Source: a virus (lineage: Duplodnaviria > Caudoviricetes). From it: 63,647 bases of DNA. The notes beneath the pieces were generated by a model that did not search any database, was not told where the DNA came from, and saw only the letters and a list, made by a program, of their open reading frames with translations. The position numbers and the translations under genes are program-made. Shown in pieces: positions 53,708 to 62,071 of the stretch (its first letter is position 1; each line of letters starts with the position of its first letter). The stretch covers positions 1-63,647 of IMG/VR virus record IMGVR_UViG_3300032080_000005; one strand, given 5' to 3'.

Positions 53708-54187
53708 ATACCGACATCGTATCGCGTCCGTCAAGCGGGCATTCCATATTCCAGAATCTGGAATGAACTCCAAATTCTGGAGCAATTTGGACTTCGCTTG
53801 GAGTTGGCGCCGCGACTCCGGCCGCGTCAGTCGGATCGGGGACCATTTGGCAAGTTTTTCCGCTAGAAAACTTGTCACTTGACGCCCATGCTAGGGAAAG
53901 GAAACTGAGCGCTATCACGCTTGTCAAATGTGAGGAAACTAAGCGCTACACCATCTGTCAAGCAGGGCCATAGCCTACATATAGGGCTTTGGCCCTCTTA
54001 CTTTTCGTCCTTGCACCCGTGCAAGCCCCGCCCCTACATCCCCACAACCCCTCAATTTTGGGGTTTACGGCTTGACAATGGGGCTGGGATGTGGTAGTGC
54101 GCGGGTCGATGGTTGACAGGGAAATGATTAGGTAGGCGCAAGGGTCTGTGGGGTTGCGGGGCGTTACCACAACCCTACAATCCTGTC

Positions 54188-54230
54188 TGTGATGGATCGC
54201 ACACAACGTAAGGTAATCGCCTGCTAGGTT
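54188..54230 (+). promoter_or_regulatory. CRP-box class II promoter 1
   Basis: TGTGA-TGGATC-GCACA, then 21 nt, then TAGGTT. Confidence 0.7.
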
Positions 54231-54271
54231 TGTGGGGTCGCAGTAACCAAACAACCCGAAAGGAACGCGAC

Positions 54272-54703
54272 ATGAACACGCACCGACCCAATCACGCCTG
54301 GACCGTACGCCTTGCTGAATCGGTATACGTCCACCGCGCACACGTCGTCATCACCACTGCATTGCTGGCACTCGTCGCCATTGGCTGTATCGCTTGCGCT
54401 ACCGCGCAAGGTGCAGTCACCACGGATCGAGAGTGCTTCCCCGCAGACAGTTGGAGTCCGGCACCCGATAGCGTCCGACCCTGCGTCACCATCAAAGCCA
54501 ACGCACCGGAAGCGGGCGCAGTCCGCTACACGGTAGCCGATGGCTCTGGCATCGTGCGCTATGCCGGGTACATCAACACTCCCTATCGACAGATCATCCA
54601 CGTCCGCATCGTGAGGGTGGCTGAGGACGGGTCATTCACCTGGAAGGCACGCAGCCGAGACGGGCGCACCACCACGGCCAGCGTTGGCAACCTGGAGGAC
54701 TGA
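54272..54703 (+). CDS. membrane-anchored or secreted hypothetical protein
   Basis: GAAAGGA RBS; hydrophobic segment near N-terminus. Confidence 0.7.
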   Translation: MNTHRPNHAWTVRLAESVYVHRAHVVITTALLALVAIGCIACATAQGAVTTDRECFPADSWSPAPDSVRPCVTIKANAPEAGAVRYTVADGSGIVRYAGYINTPYRQIIHVRIVRVAEDGSFTWKARSRDGRTTTASVGNLED

Positions 54704-54706
54704 CCA

Positions 54707-54901
54707 ATGCGGATAACGAACACCCGCACCGGCAAGACCACCGCCGCCAAGGACGGCGCAGACCTGGCCCTCATGGTCAAGGTGGAGTTGGACCGGCGTA
54801 CGGGTATCGAACTGGCAGGGCCGCCCACGCGGCAGACTCCCGCAGAGCGGGCGGGGGACATGCACGAGGCCAACCGCATACAGCGGGAGGCAATCGCATG
54901 A
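54707..54901 (+). CDS. hypothetical protein
   Basis: GGAGG RBS. Confidence 0.6.
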   Translation: MRITNTRTGKTTAAKDGADLALMVKVELDRRTGIELAGPPTRQTPAERAGDMHEANRIQREAIA

Positions 54902-55037
54902 AGGGCCACCAGAAGAAGCCGAGTTGGGCGCGCAGTCACAGCGCCAAGCCCAAACGAGTCGGCGGCCGCCGTGAGAGGTCGAAGCTCCGAGACATCAAGC
55001 GCGCCCGCTACGCCTGATCCCACAACCCCGCCCCATG

Positions 55038-55080
55038 TGTGCGCAACATCACACATAGGGCGGGGTTACTGTGCTTTGAT
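55038..55080 (+). promoter_or_regulatory. CRP-box class II promoter 2 (within hairpin)
   Basis: TGTGC-GCAACA-TCACA, then 21 nt, then weak -10 TTTGAT preceded by TGC. Confidence 0.6.
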
Positions 55081-55116
55081 GGTCCCATGAAGTCAACCCG
55101 AACGAAAGGCACCACG

Positions 55117-55398
55117 ATGTTTGACAAGCGAATCAAGAAACTCCGCATCTTCGAGGCGCTGCCGGGCTGGCAGTCAATCGGAATCGACCTGATAACGCCG
55201 CATGGCCCGCTGATCCTGGCCGGACGAGGCCGGGAGACCTGGAAGCCCTCATTTGCCAGCACCGGCGAGCGCGGGATGCGCTGCTACAGCGTCGGCCTTG
55301 GTCCGGTCTTCGCGTGCATCTGCTGGAAGCGGCGACCCGGCCACGCTTGGACCGTCCGCGCGGCGGAAGCCCTCAACCGAGGTCTGACCCGTGCGTAG
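55117..55398 (+). CDS. hypothetical protein
   Basis: GAAAGG RBS; alternative in-frame leaderless ATG at 55087. Confidence 0.65.
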   Translation: MFDKRIKKLRIFEALPGWQSIGIDLITPHGPLILAGRGRETWKPSFASTGERGMRCYSVGLGPVFACICWKRRPGHAWTVRAAEALNRGLTRA

Positions 55399-55852
55399 GC
55401 TCGCCATCGTTACCGCCGTCCTGGCGGCGCTTATCGCTCCCGGCTTGGTCAGTGGTGCGGCGCCCTCCCCCGCGCCGCCCGCTGAGGGCTGGGGCGCCGC
55501 TGAGTTGCGGATTGCGGCCGCCTATTGGGGCGTCCCTACGCCGCCGCTGTGCGGGTCAACGGCGGTTCAATTCGACGTACCCCTACCGCCCGAGGTCGCG
55601 GGCGAAGCGACCATCCCGGCGCAGGCGGGTACGGCCTGCTGGATGAAGATCGCCCCGGCGCGGACCATCGGCACGCTGTACGAGCATTGCCTAACCGTCG
55701 TCCACGAGTACGGCCATTGGCTCGGCCTGTCACATTCAGGGGACGTATCGTCCCCGATGGCGGCGGAACTGAATCCGACGATCCACGTACGCGGCTGCGC
55801 CCGCCTGGCTAGTGTGACGAAGCGCACACACAAACCGGCGAAGACGCGCTAG
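55391..55852 (+). CDS. secreted matrixin-like zinc metalloprotease
   Basis: Signal peptide; HEYGHWLGLSHS followed by Met-turn SPM. Confidence 0.85.
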   Translation: MRRLAIVTAVLAALIAPGLVSGAAPSPAPPAEGWGAAELRIAAAYWGVPTPPLCGSTAVQFDVPLPPEVAGEATIPAQAGTACWMKIAPARTIGTLYEHCLTVVHEYGHWLGLSHSGDVSSPMAAELNPTIHVRGCARLASVTKRTHKPAKTR

Positions 55853-55855
55853 GGT
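55813..55855 (+). promoter_or_regulatory. CRP-box class II promoter 3
   Basis: TGTGA-CGAAGC-GCACA, then 21 nt, then TAGGGT. Confidence 0.7.
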
Positions 55856-55861
55856 CTGTTC

Positions 55862-56152
55862 ATGGAGTCAACCACGCGAAAGGGAAACGAAATGCGAACC
55901 CGCACCTACAAGATCAGGGACCACCGCGAAGCGGACAACGTGAAGATTCATAAGGACCACGACAAGCGCTACGCAATGGCGAAGGTCAACGCGATCCTGA
56001 ATGAGCGCCACGGCTCGCTATACGCGCCGCTGGAGCAAGAGCGCGCTACGGAAGACCTTGTACACGCCGCTGAAGCGGTGCCCGGCTTCATCGTCTCTGA
56101 CCCGGCCATCCCCAACCTGACGGTTCAACTGGACGAAGGGTGCGACGACTAA
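55862..56152 (+). CDS. hypothetical protein
   Basis: Leaderless ATG 55862 or SD-led ATG 55892. Confidence 0.65.
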   Translation: MESTTRKGNEMRTRTYKIRDHREADNVKIHKDHDKRYAMAKVNAILNERHGSLYAPLEQERATEDLVHAAEAVPGFIVSDPAIPNLTVQLDEGCDD

Positions 56153-56270
56153 GCAGCGGGCGCTACGGCGCCCCGCCAAGCGGCAGGGATCGCGCGGCTG
56201 ACCGCCGACCCATCCTGAGCCGCTTGGCGGGGAATCCTCCCCGACAATCTGAACGAAAGGGTACAAAGCA

Positions 56271-56594
56271 ATGAGCGAGTTCTACGCGAGAATCCAAGGC
56301 AGCCGAGGCGAGGCGACCCGCTGCGGGTCCAAGTCAAGCGGTATCGAGGCGACGGCGGAGACGTGGCATAGCGTCATCCGCGCGGAGCAGCACTGCTCCA
56401 GCACGGCGGCCAGCGGCCACGAGGCGACCGTCTCAGTGTCCGGCAAGCACGGCGGCAGCGCGCTAACGCTGCGGTTCGACGCGGACACGCTGTACGCACA
56501 GAGCGACGATCCGAAAGTACGCGCCGCGCTGGACAAGGTCCGGGACGCGATGCGGGCGGCAGACGAGGCGGCACAGAAGGCGGCCAAAGCATGA
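56271..56594 (+). CDS. hypothetical phage protein
   Basis: MSEFYARIQGSRGEATRCGSKSSGI; GAAAGG RBS. Confidence 0.7.
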   Translation: MSEFYARIQGSRGEATRCGSKSSGIEATAETWHSVIRAEQHCSSTAASGHEATVSVSGKHGGSALTLRFDADTLYAQSDDPKVRAALDKVRDAMRAADEAAQKAAKA

Positions 56595-56787
56595 ACGGCG
56601 GCCCGGTACTGATTCGGCGCAACCCGCGCGACGTTGAGGCGTCTGGAGCGGGCGCACCTGAGCGCATCATCAAGCGCGGTACGCGCTCTGTGGTCCCGCT
56701 GCCATGCCTGAACTGCGGCAGTAGGAACCGCAAGCCCAACCGGCTGAAGTGCGGCACGCTGGAATGCCAGAACTGCGGGGACGGTGG

Positions 56788-57063
56788 ATGACTCCCGCGA
56801 AGCCCTGGCCGAAGGATGGCATTCCGGCTGGCTACGTGAAGCGCATTCACGTTGACCAGCACGTCATCAAGCGGAACCGCAAACACGGCCGCAACGATCC
56901 GCCGCTGACGCTCCAGACCAGTCGCGGCGCCATCAAGGCGCACACCGTCAACATCGACGGCGCGTCCCGGCTCGTCAACACGCCGGACAAGCCGCTAAGC
57001 TGCGGCGCCGTCATCTACATCGAAACCCGCTCTGCGGTTTCCTACCGAAGGGAGGCGCTATGA
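56788..57063 (+). CDS. hypothetical phage protein
   Basis: IHVDQHVIKRNRK.G...P; PDKPLSCGAVIYIET. Confidence 0.7.
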   Translation: MTPAKPWPKDGIPAGYVKRIHVDQHVIKRNRKHGRNDPPLTLQTSRGAIKAHTVNIDGASRLVNTPDKPLSCGAVIYIETRSAVSYRREAL

Positions 57064-57611
57064 TGCACGACAAGCCACGCCGCTACAGCGTCGGCGCGCT
57101 GCTGACCACGCAAGGCGGCCGCGAAGTGCGGAAACGCATCGAGGTTATGGCGCGCTCCCCGCAGGGTGCCCGCGCTGAGGTTCGGCGGAAGCATCCCGGC
57201 TGGCGTCCCTACAACCCGAGGGCGATATGAGCGAGTGGCGCTGTACCTGCAAGGGCGACACGGGCAACGATCCAACGTGCCCGGCACACGGTGGAGCAGC
57301 ACCGCAACCGCGCCACGAGTTCGCGGGCGAATACACCGGGCCACCTGAGATAGTCACGCTCAGCGATGGCCGCCAAGGTGTCGCGCCCGCATGGATGGCT
57401 GACGTTCTCCGCTGTGCTGGGATGGCATCGTGACGCCGCCCCGTGCCTACCCTGGCCGCGACAACGCGCGCCTACTGCGCCGCGCTAGGTCGCTGACGCG
57501 CAATCAGTCGGCCGCAACGAATCAGCGCTCGCGCTGCTGCGACCAGCCAAGACACATTGAGCTATCCAACCGTCCGCTAGTGACGGGCTGCGCAAACTGT
57601 GGGGCGGTAGT

Positions 57612-57932
57612 ATGAACCGCATGGTTGTGCCAACGCTCGCCGAAACCAGCCGCGATTTCATCGGGCCGCTGAATCCCCACGTTGGCAGCCTTGCGCGGCT
57701 GGTACCTGGAGCGCGCGCCATCGCATCGAGGCGGTCCTACGTCCGCATTCATCGACACGAACGCGGACCCCGCGTCTACCTAGTCGGCCGCCGCGTGCAT
57801 CATGGTCCGGCGTTTGGTCTGGCCGCCGTCCTGTGCTGGCGGTTCCGCTGGCGCACGTTGGCCGCCGCTCTAGGCGCATACGCCGCGACGGACTGGCGGG
57901 ATTTCCCTTTCACTGACGGATGCAACCATTGA
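57612..57932 (+). CDS. hypothetical protein
   Basis: ATGA overlap; G.RVHHG...DWRDFPF. Confidence 0.55.
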   Translation: MNRMVVPTLAETSRDFIGPLNPHVGSLARLVPGARAIASRRSYVRIHRHERGPRVYLVGRRVHHGPAFGLAAVLCWRFRWRTLAAALGAYAATDWRDFPFTDGCNH

Positions 57933-58069
57933 GCTATCCATGAGCGGAATCCAATCATGCCCTCATTGCGGCAGCGCCGACATAGTCGCGGTCGAGTTGG
58001 CCGAGGAGGAGCGCGACTGTCTCTATGAGTGCGAAGACTGCGAGGAGCAATTCAACGGCGACGAGTTTG

Positions 58070-58112
58070 TGTGACCAACGTCACACACTACACCCCCACA
58101 ATCTGATAGCGT
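58070..58112 (+). promoter_or_regulatory. CRP-box class II promoter 4
   Basis: TGTGA-CCAACG-TCACA, then 21 nt, then TAGCGT. Confidence 0.78.
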
Positions 58113-58141
58113 GAGCTATCCCCTCACGAAAGGACATTACA

Positions 58142-58339
58142 ATGCGTATCCGAATGATCTTGCTTCAAAATATGCTTGACCAAGCATATTGCGACGGCAT
58201 GAAGCACGAACGGGAAAATCCGCTGCGTAACAAGAGCCTGACGCGCACCGTTGCTGGGTGCTATGCCCGGAATCAAATGCGCAGACACTTCACGGCGCGT
58301 AAAGGTCCGGGCTGGGAGCATGAGGAGGAGGCACCGTGA
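58142..58339 (+). CDS. hypothetical protein
   Basis: GAAAGGA RBS. Confidence 0.55.
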   Translation: MRIRMILLQNMLDQAYCDGMKHERENPLRNKSLTRTVAGCYARNQMRRHFTARKGPGWEHEEEAP

Positions 58340-58605
58340 CCGGCTCATTCATCGGTAAATGCCATCCAACCGATGGCATCGAGCGCGTCCCCATCAACAT
58401 TGACCCCGCCGTGCGGAAGCGGCTGCGTGACCTGCTGGAGGATTTCCCAGAGTTCCATGCAGTCGGCTACAGCGCATTCATCAACCGCGCCATCGAGCTT
58501 GCAGAAGGCGAGGCGATGGTGGCGCGGCGCGAATGTAAGCATTCATGCGCTGATGTAGCCGCAACTCTCTGTCCAAGTTGCGGCGCTGACCTAAGCCGTC
58601 CCTAG
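58336..58605 (+). CDS. small ribbon-helix-helix-like / zinc-ribbon protein
   Basis: RVPINIDPAVRKRLR...YSAFINRAIE; CPSCG. Confidence 0.55.
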   Translation: MTGSFIGKCHPTDGIERVPINIDPAVRKRLRDLLEDFPEFHAVGYSAFINRAIELAEGEAMVARRECKHSCADVAATLCPSCGADLSRP

Positions 58606-58648
58606 TGTGACCAACGTCACACACTGAGCTATCCAACCCTGCTAGTCT
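58606..58648 (+). promoter_or_regulatory. CRP-box class II promoter 5 (rIIA)
   Basis: TGTGA-CCAACG-TCACA, then 21 nt, then TAGTCT. Confidence 0.78.
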
Positions 58649-58693
58649 GCCCGTAACGTAAGTAAGCAAACGAAAGGAACCCCCCCCCCCCTC

Positions 58694-60742
58694 ATGATTC
58701 CAGAGCGAACCGGCGTAACCACTGTGAGCACCGTGCAAGGCGAGGACGTGAAAATGTCCATCGACCAGTCGGCGTTGGCCCACATCATGAACGTCTTGAC
58801 GGACCTGTACGCCGATCCCGAGTTGGCCTGCATCCGCGAGTACCTGACCAACGCGCTCGATTCACATATCGAGGCAGGCCAGACGCGGCCGGTTGAGATA
58901 ACCACGCCTACGGCTCTGCGGCCGCTGCTGACGATCCGGGATTACGGAGTCGGGCTAGACGCCGATGGCATCCGGGACATCTACTCCCGCTACGGCGCGA
59001 GCACGAAGCGCGAGACGAACGATGCGGTCGGAATGCTCGGCCTTGGCTGCAAGTCGGCGCTGTCCTACGTGGACCAGTTCACGCTCGCCGGAATCAAAAA
59101 CGGCCATCGCATCGTTGTGAGCATCGGCCGCGACGAAACCGGCGCGGGCACGATGACGGTCCTAGAGACTGAGGACGAATGCACCGAGCCGGATGGCGTC
59201 GAAATCTGCATCCCCACGGATGACGAGTACGCGCTGTCCCGCAAGGCTGCCGATTTCCTCTCCTATTGGGAACCGGGCCTGGCGCTGCTGAACGGCGCGG
59301 TGCCCGCCCCACTGGAGGGCTACGAAGTCGGCGACTACATCGTCGCCGACCGGAACCGCTCATACTCCGCGCTGGGGCGCTTCGACGGCCACCCGCTGAC
59401 TATCGTTATGGGGAACGTGAGCTATCCGCCGCCCGATGACTTCACTAGCGAGGTAGTGGACTCCCTGCCGGACTCTAAGCGACTCGTGGTCCGCGTCCCC
59501 ATCGGGGCGGTCCACTTCACGCCTTCGCGTGAGGGGTTGCAGGACTCCACCCGCACGCGGGAGGCCATCCACACGGCGCTGGAGGATTTCCAGGGCTTGG
59601 TCGCGACCGCCGTCACCGACGCCGTCACGAACGCGCCGGATCGACCGGCTGCCGCCAAAGCGCTGATCGAAGCTCGCGCGGCGTTCGGCAAAAAGAACAT
59701 TCCAGAGTTGAAGTGGGAAGGTGAGGAGATTCCGGTTGTCCTGTCGGCGGAAGACTTGGACCCGATCCCGCTGGGCGACGGCAAAGTGAAGGACGCCGCG
59801 CTCTGGAAATCGAAGTCACGCACTGGCGGCCAGCGTACCGCCGCAGGGCAAATCACCCTTGACGAGGCGGGCGAATGTCCCTGGATTCTCGGCTACAACA
59901 ATACGAAATGGTCGAAAACGCAGCGGACCAAGCTCGACCGCTACATGGAGCACCACAACCTGAGCGAAAACGCGAGCGAGGAGAATTATCTCGTCACGGA
60001 CGCGAAGGCTGTACCCCGGCCCGAATGGATCGACGGTGCGGTGCTCGCGGTGGACTGGCAGGACGTGAGGGCATGGAAAGATCCCGCGAAGGTACGCGCT
60101 GGCAGTAGCGGTGGCGGCATCAAGTACGCGGGCACCTACCCGACCTACACGAACGGGCGGCGCCTTCATGAGCACTTCCCCGCTGACAACCTGCCGAAGG
60201 TCGGGCGCAAGCTCTACTACGTCGTCATCCACGATAAATACGATTGGCGCGCTCATGAATGCGCCGACCTGCTGGCCGAAGACGCCTACGTTGTCTGTCT
60301 CACTGGATCGCGGGCGGCCAAGTTCAAACGGCTCTTTCCCCACGCGCGTCCGGCTATGGAGGCGGCCAAGCGCGCTGCGCAGGGCTGGTACAAATCCCTG
60401 AGCGACGATTCCCGGCTCGCTATCGCAATCGGCCCGGACCTGGGCGGCTCATACCCTGGCCCGTCTGCGCTCCCGGCTGACAAGGTAAACGATCCCGAGC
60501 TATCCAGACTCTGCGCCATCCGGCAGCTATGGGAGGGCGACACGCTGGAGGCGCGCTGGCGGGCACGCAAGGATTTCATTACGGTGCCAGAGGACTACAC
60601 GCCGGACATCGACCCGGCGACGGTCTGTGAGCGCTACCCCTTGATCGAGGAAATGTACTACGGTACGATAAACGGAAACCTTGACCACGCCGTACTTTAC
60701 GTCAATGCGGTCTACGCGGCCGCCAACAAAGGAGGTAAGTAA
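58694..60742 (+). CDS. rIIA: RIIA-like protein (GHKL ATPase N-terminus)
   Basis: LY.DP..ACIREYLTNALDSH, IRDYGVGL, YGASTK, GMLGLGCKS, FTPSREGL; adjacent to rIIB. Confidence 0.88.
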   Translation: MIPERTGVTTVSTVQGEDVKMSIDQSALAHIMNVLTDLYADPELACIREYLTNALDSHIEAGQTRPVEITTPTALRPLLTIRDYGVGLDADGIRDIYSRYGASTKRETNDAVGMLGLGCKSALSYVDQFTLAGIKNGHRIVVSIGRDETGAGTMTVLETEDECTEPDGVEICIPTDDEYALSRKAADFLSYWEPGLALLNGAVPAPLEGYEVGDYIVADRNRSYSALGRFDGHPLTIVMGNVSYPPPDDFTSEVVDSLPDSKRLVVRVPIGAVHFTPSREGLQDSTRTREAIHTALEDFQGLVATAVTDAVTNAPDRPAAAKALIEARAAFGKKNIPELKWEGEEIPVVLSAEDLDPIPLGDGKVKDAALWKSKSRTGGQRTAAGQITLDEAGECPWILGYNNTKWSKTQRTKLDRYMEHHNLSENASEENYLVTDAKAVPRPEWIDGAVLAVDWQDVRAWKDPAKVRAGSSGGGIKYAGTYPTYTNGRRLHEHFPADNLPKVGRKLYYVVIHDKYDWRAHECADLLAEDAYVVCLTGSRAAKFKRLFPHARPAMEAAKRAAQGWYKSLSDDSRLAIAIGPDLGGSYPGPSALPADKVNDPELSRLCAIRQLWEGDTLEARWRARKDFITVPEDYTPDIDPATVCERYPLIEEMYYGTINGNLDHAVLYVNAVYAAANKGGK

Positions 60743-61756
60743 ATGCACCCCTACACCCACGTCAAAACGGAGGGCGGCCGCGAGAGCTTGATGATTTTCA
60801 CGCCGAGCGGTTCCCCCATCGTCGCCACCGGGGACCATCCGCAGTTCGCGGACCTGCTGGCGGGCGCCGAGTCGGGCGCACCGCTGGATGACCTGCGGGC
60901 GCTGTCCGACCTGTCCACCGCCGTCGCACAGCGTTTCGAGACGCTGAGCGAGCGCGTATCCGTCGCACACGGCCGCGTGTTCTTCGACGGTGACGAGGTC
61001 GATTCCACCATCACCGCGCAGATCATCCGCTGCCTGGACGATCCGAGCGCTGGCGACTGGAAGCCGCTCGTGCTGTTCATGGAAAACGTCGCCGCCAACC
61101 CCAACGAGCACTCGCGCGAACAGTTGTTCGATTGGCTGCGGGACCGCGAGTTCACCATCACCACGAACGGCTGCTTCATCGCCTATAAGGGCGTCCACAT
61201 CCGCACCGAGGATGACAACTACCCCTACCAGTCGAGCAGCCGTGGTGAGGCCATCGTCAACGGGGAGCGCTTCACCGGCAACATCCCCAACGGCGTCGGC
61301 GCTACCGTTGAAATGCCGCGCGCTGAAGTCCAGCACGATCCCGCCGTTGGCTGTCACACCGGCTTGCACGTCGGTACCTACAGCTACGCGCAGGGTTGGG
61401 CGCAGGGTGCGCTGCTGACGGTGATGGTCAACCCGCGCGACGTGGTTTCCGTGCCGACCAGTTGCAGCGCCCAGAAGATGCGCGTCTGCCGCTACGTCGT
61501 CTCGGATGACGAGCCGACCGCACCGGAGGCGTCGCCCGCCATCGCTGAGGCGAAGGTCTATACCGAGCTGGTAAACAACTGCCCGGAAGACTTCGACCAC
61601 CACGCGGCGTTCGTGCTGACGGGCGAACAGCGGGCGCCGTTGAAAGACGAGTTCTACACGCCGCTGGAGGACGCAGGCGCATTTTTCATCGGAAAGGTAC
61701 ACCGCGCGATGGACGACCAGACCACTCCCGCGAAAATCTTGGTCCCGCAGGACTAG
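60743..61756 (+). CDS. rIIB: RIIB-like protein
   Basis: F.EN...NP, QLFDWL, GCFIAYK, C.TGLHVG..SYA, VNPRDVVSVP, KMRVCRY. Confidence 0.9.
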   Translation: MHPYTHVKTEGGRESLMIFTPSGSPIVATGDHPQFADLLAGAESGAPLDDLRALSDLSTAVAQRFETLSERVSVAHGRVFFDGDEVDSTITAQIIRCLDDPSAGDWKPLVLFMENVAANPNEHSREQLFDWLRDREFTITTNGCFIAYKGVHIRTEDDNYPYQSSSRGEAIVNGERFTGNIPNGVGATVEMPRAEVQHDPAVGCHTGLHVGTYSYAQGWAQGALLTVMVNPRDVVSVPTSCSAQKMRVCRYVVSDDEPTAPEASPAIAEAKVYTELVNNCPEDFDHHAAFVLTGEQRAPLKDEFYTPLEDAGAFFIGKVHRAMDDQTTPAKILVPQD

Positions 61757-61768
61757 GGACCAGAGGGA

Positions 61769-61821
61769 CGCCCCGTAGTGTGACCAACGTCACACTACGG
61801 GGCGGGGGCTTCTGATACAGT
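61769..61821 (+). promoter_or_regulatory. CRP-box class II promoter 6 inside a perfect 16-bp inverted repeat
   Basis: CGCCCCGTAGTGTGAC-CAAC-GTCACACTACGGGGCG; TACAGT at 61816. Confidence 0.78.
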
Positions 61822-61969
61822 AACCCAACTTGACCGGGGCACTCTCCCACAAAGCGAGAGCACACAGGCAGCACCCGCCCCGCGCATAATGAAGTGACTA
61901 CCACCGGCCGATCAAGCGACGGGGTAGGGCGGGCGGAGAGTCCGTAAACCTTGACTCTCCGCCCCACGC

Positions 61970-62043
61970 GCCGCTCTAGCCCAATTGGCAGAGGCGTCCG
62001 ATTCAAGATCGGAAGGTTGCAGGTTCGAGTCCTGCGGGCGGCA
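61970..62043 (+). tRNA. tRNA-Leu(CAA) lacking the long variable arm
   Basis: TCCGA-TTCAAGA-TCGGA, 5-nt variable loop, A73. Confidence 0.8.
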
Positions 62044-62071
62044 TGTTCACACAAAACACGAAAGGAGCACG

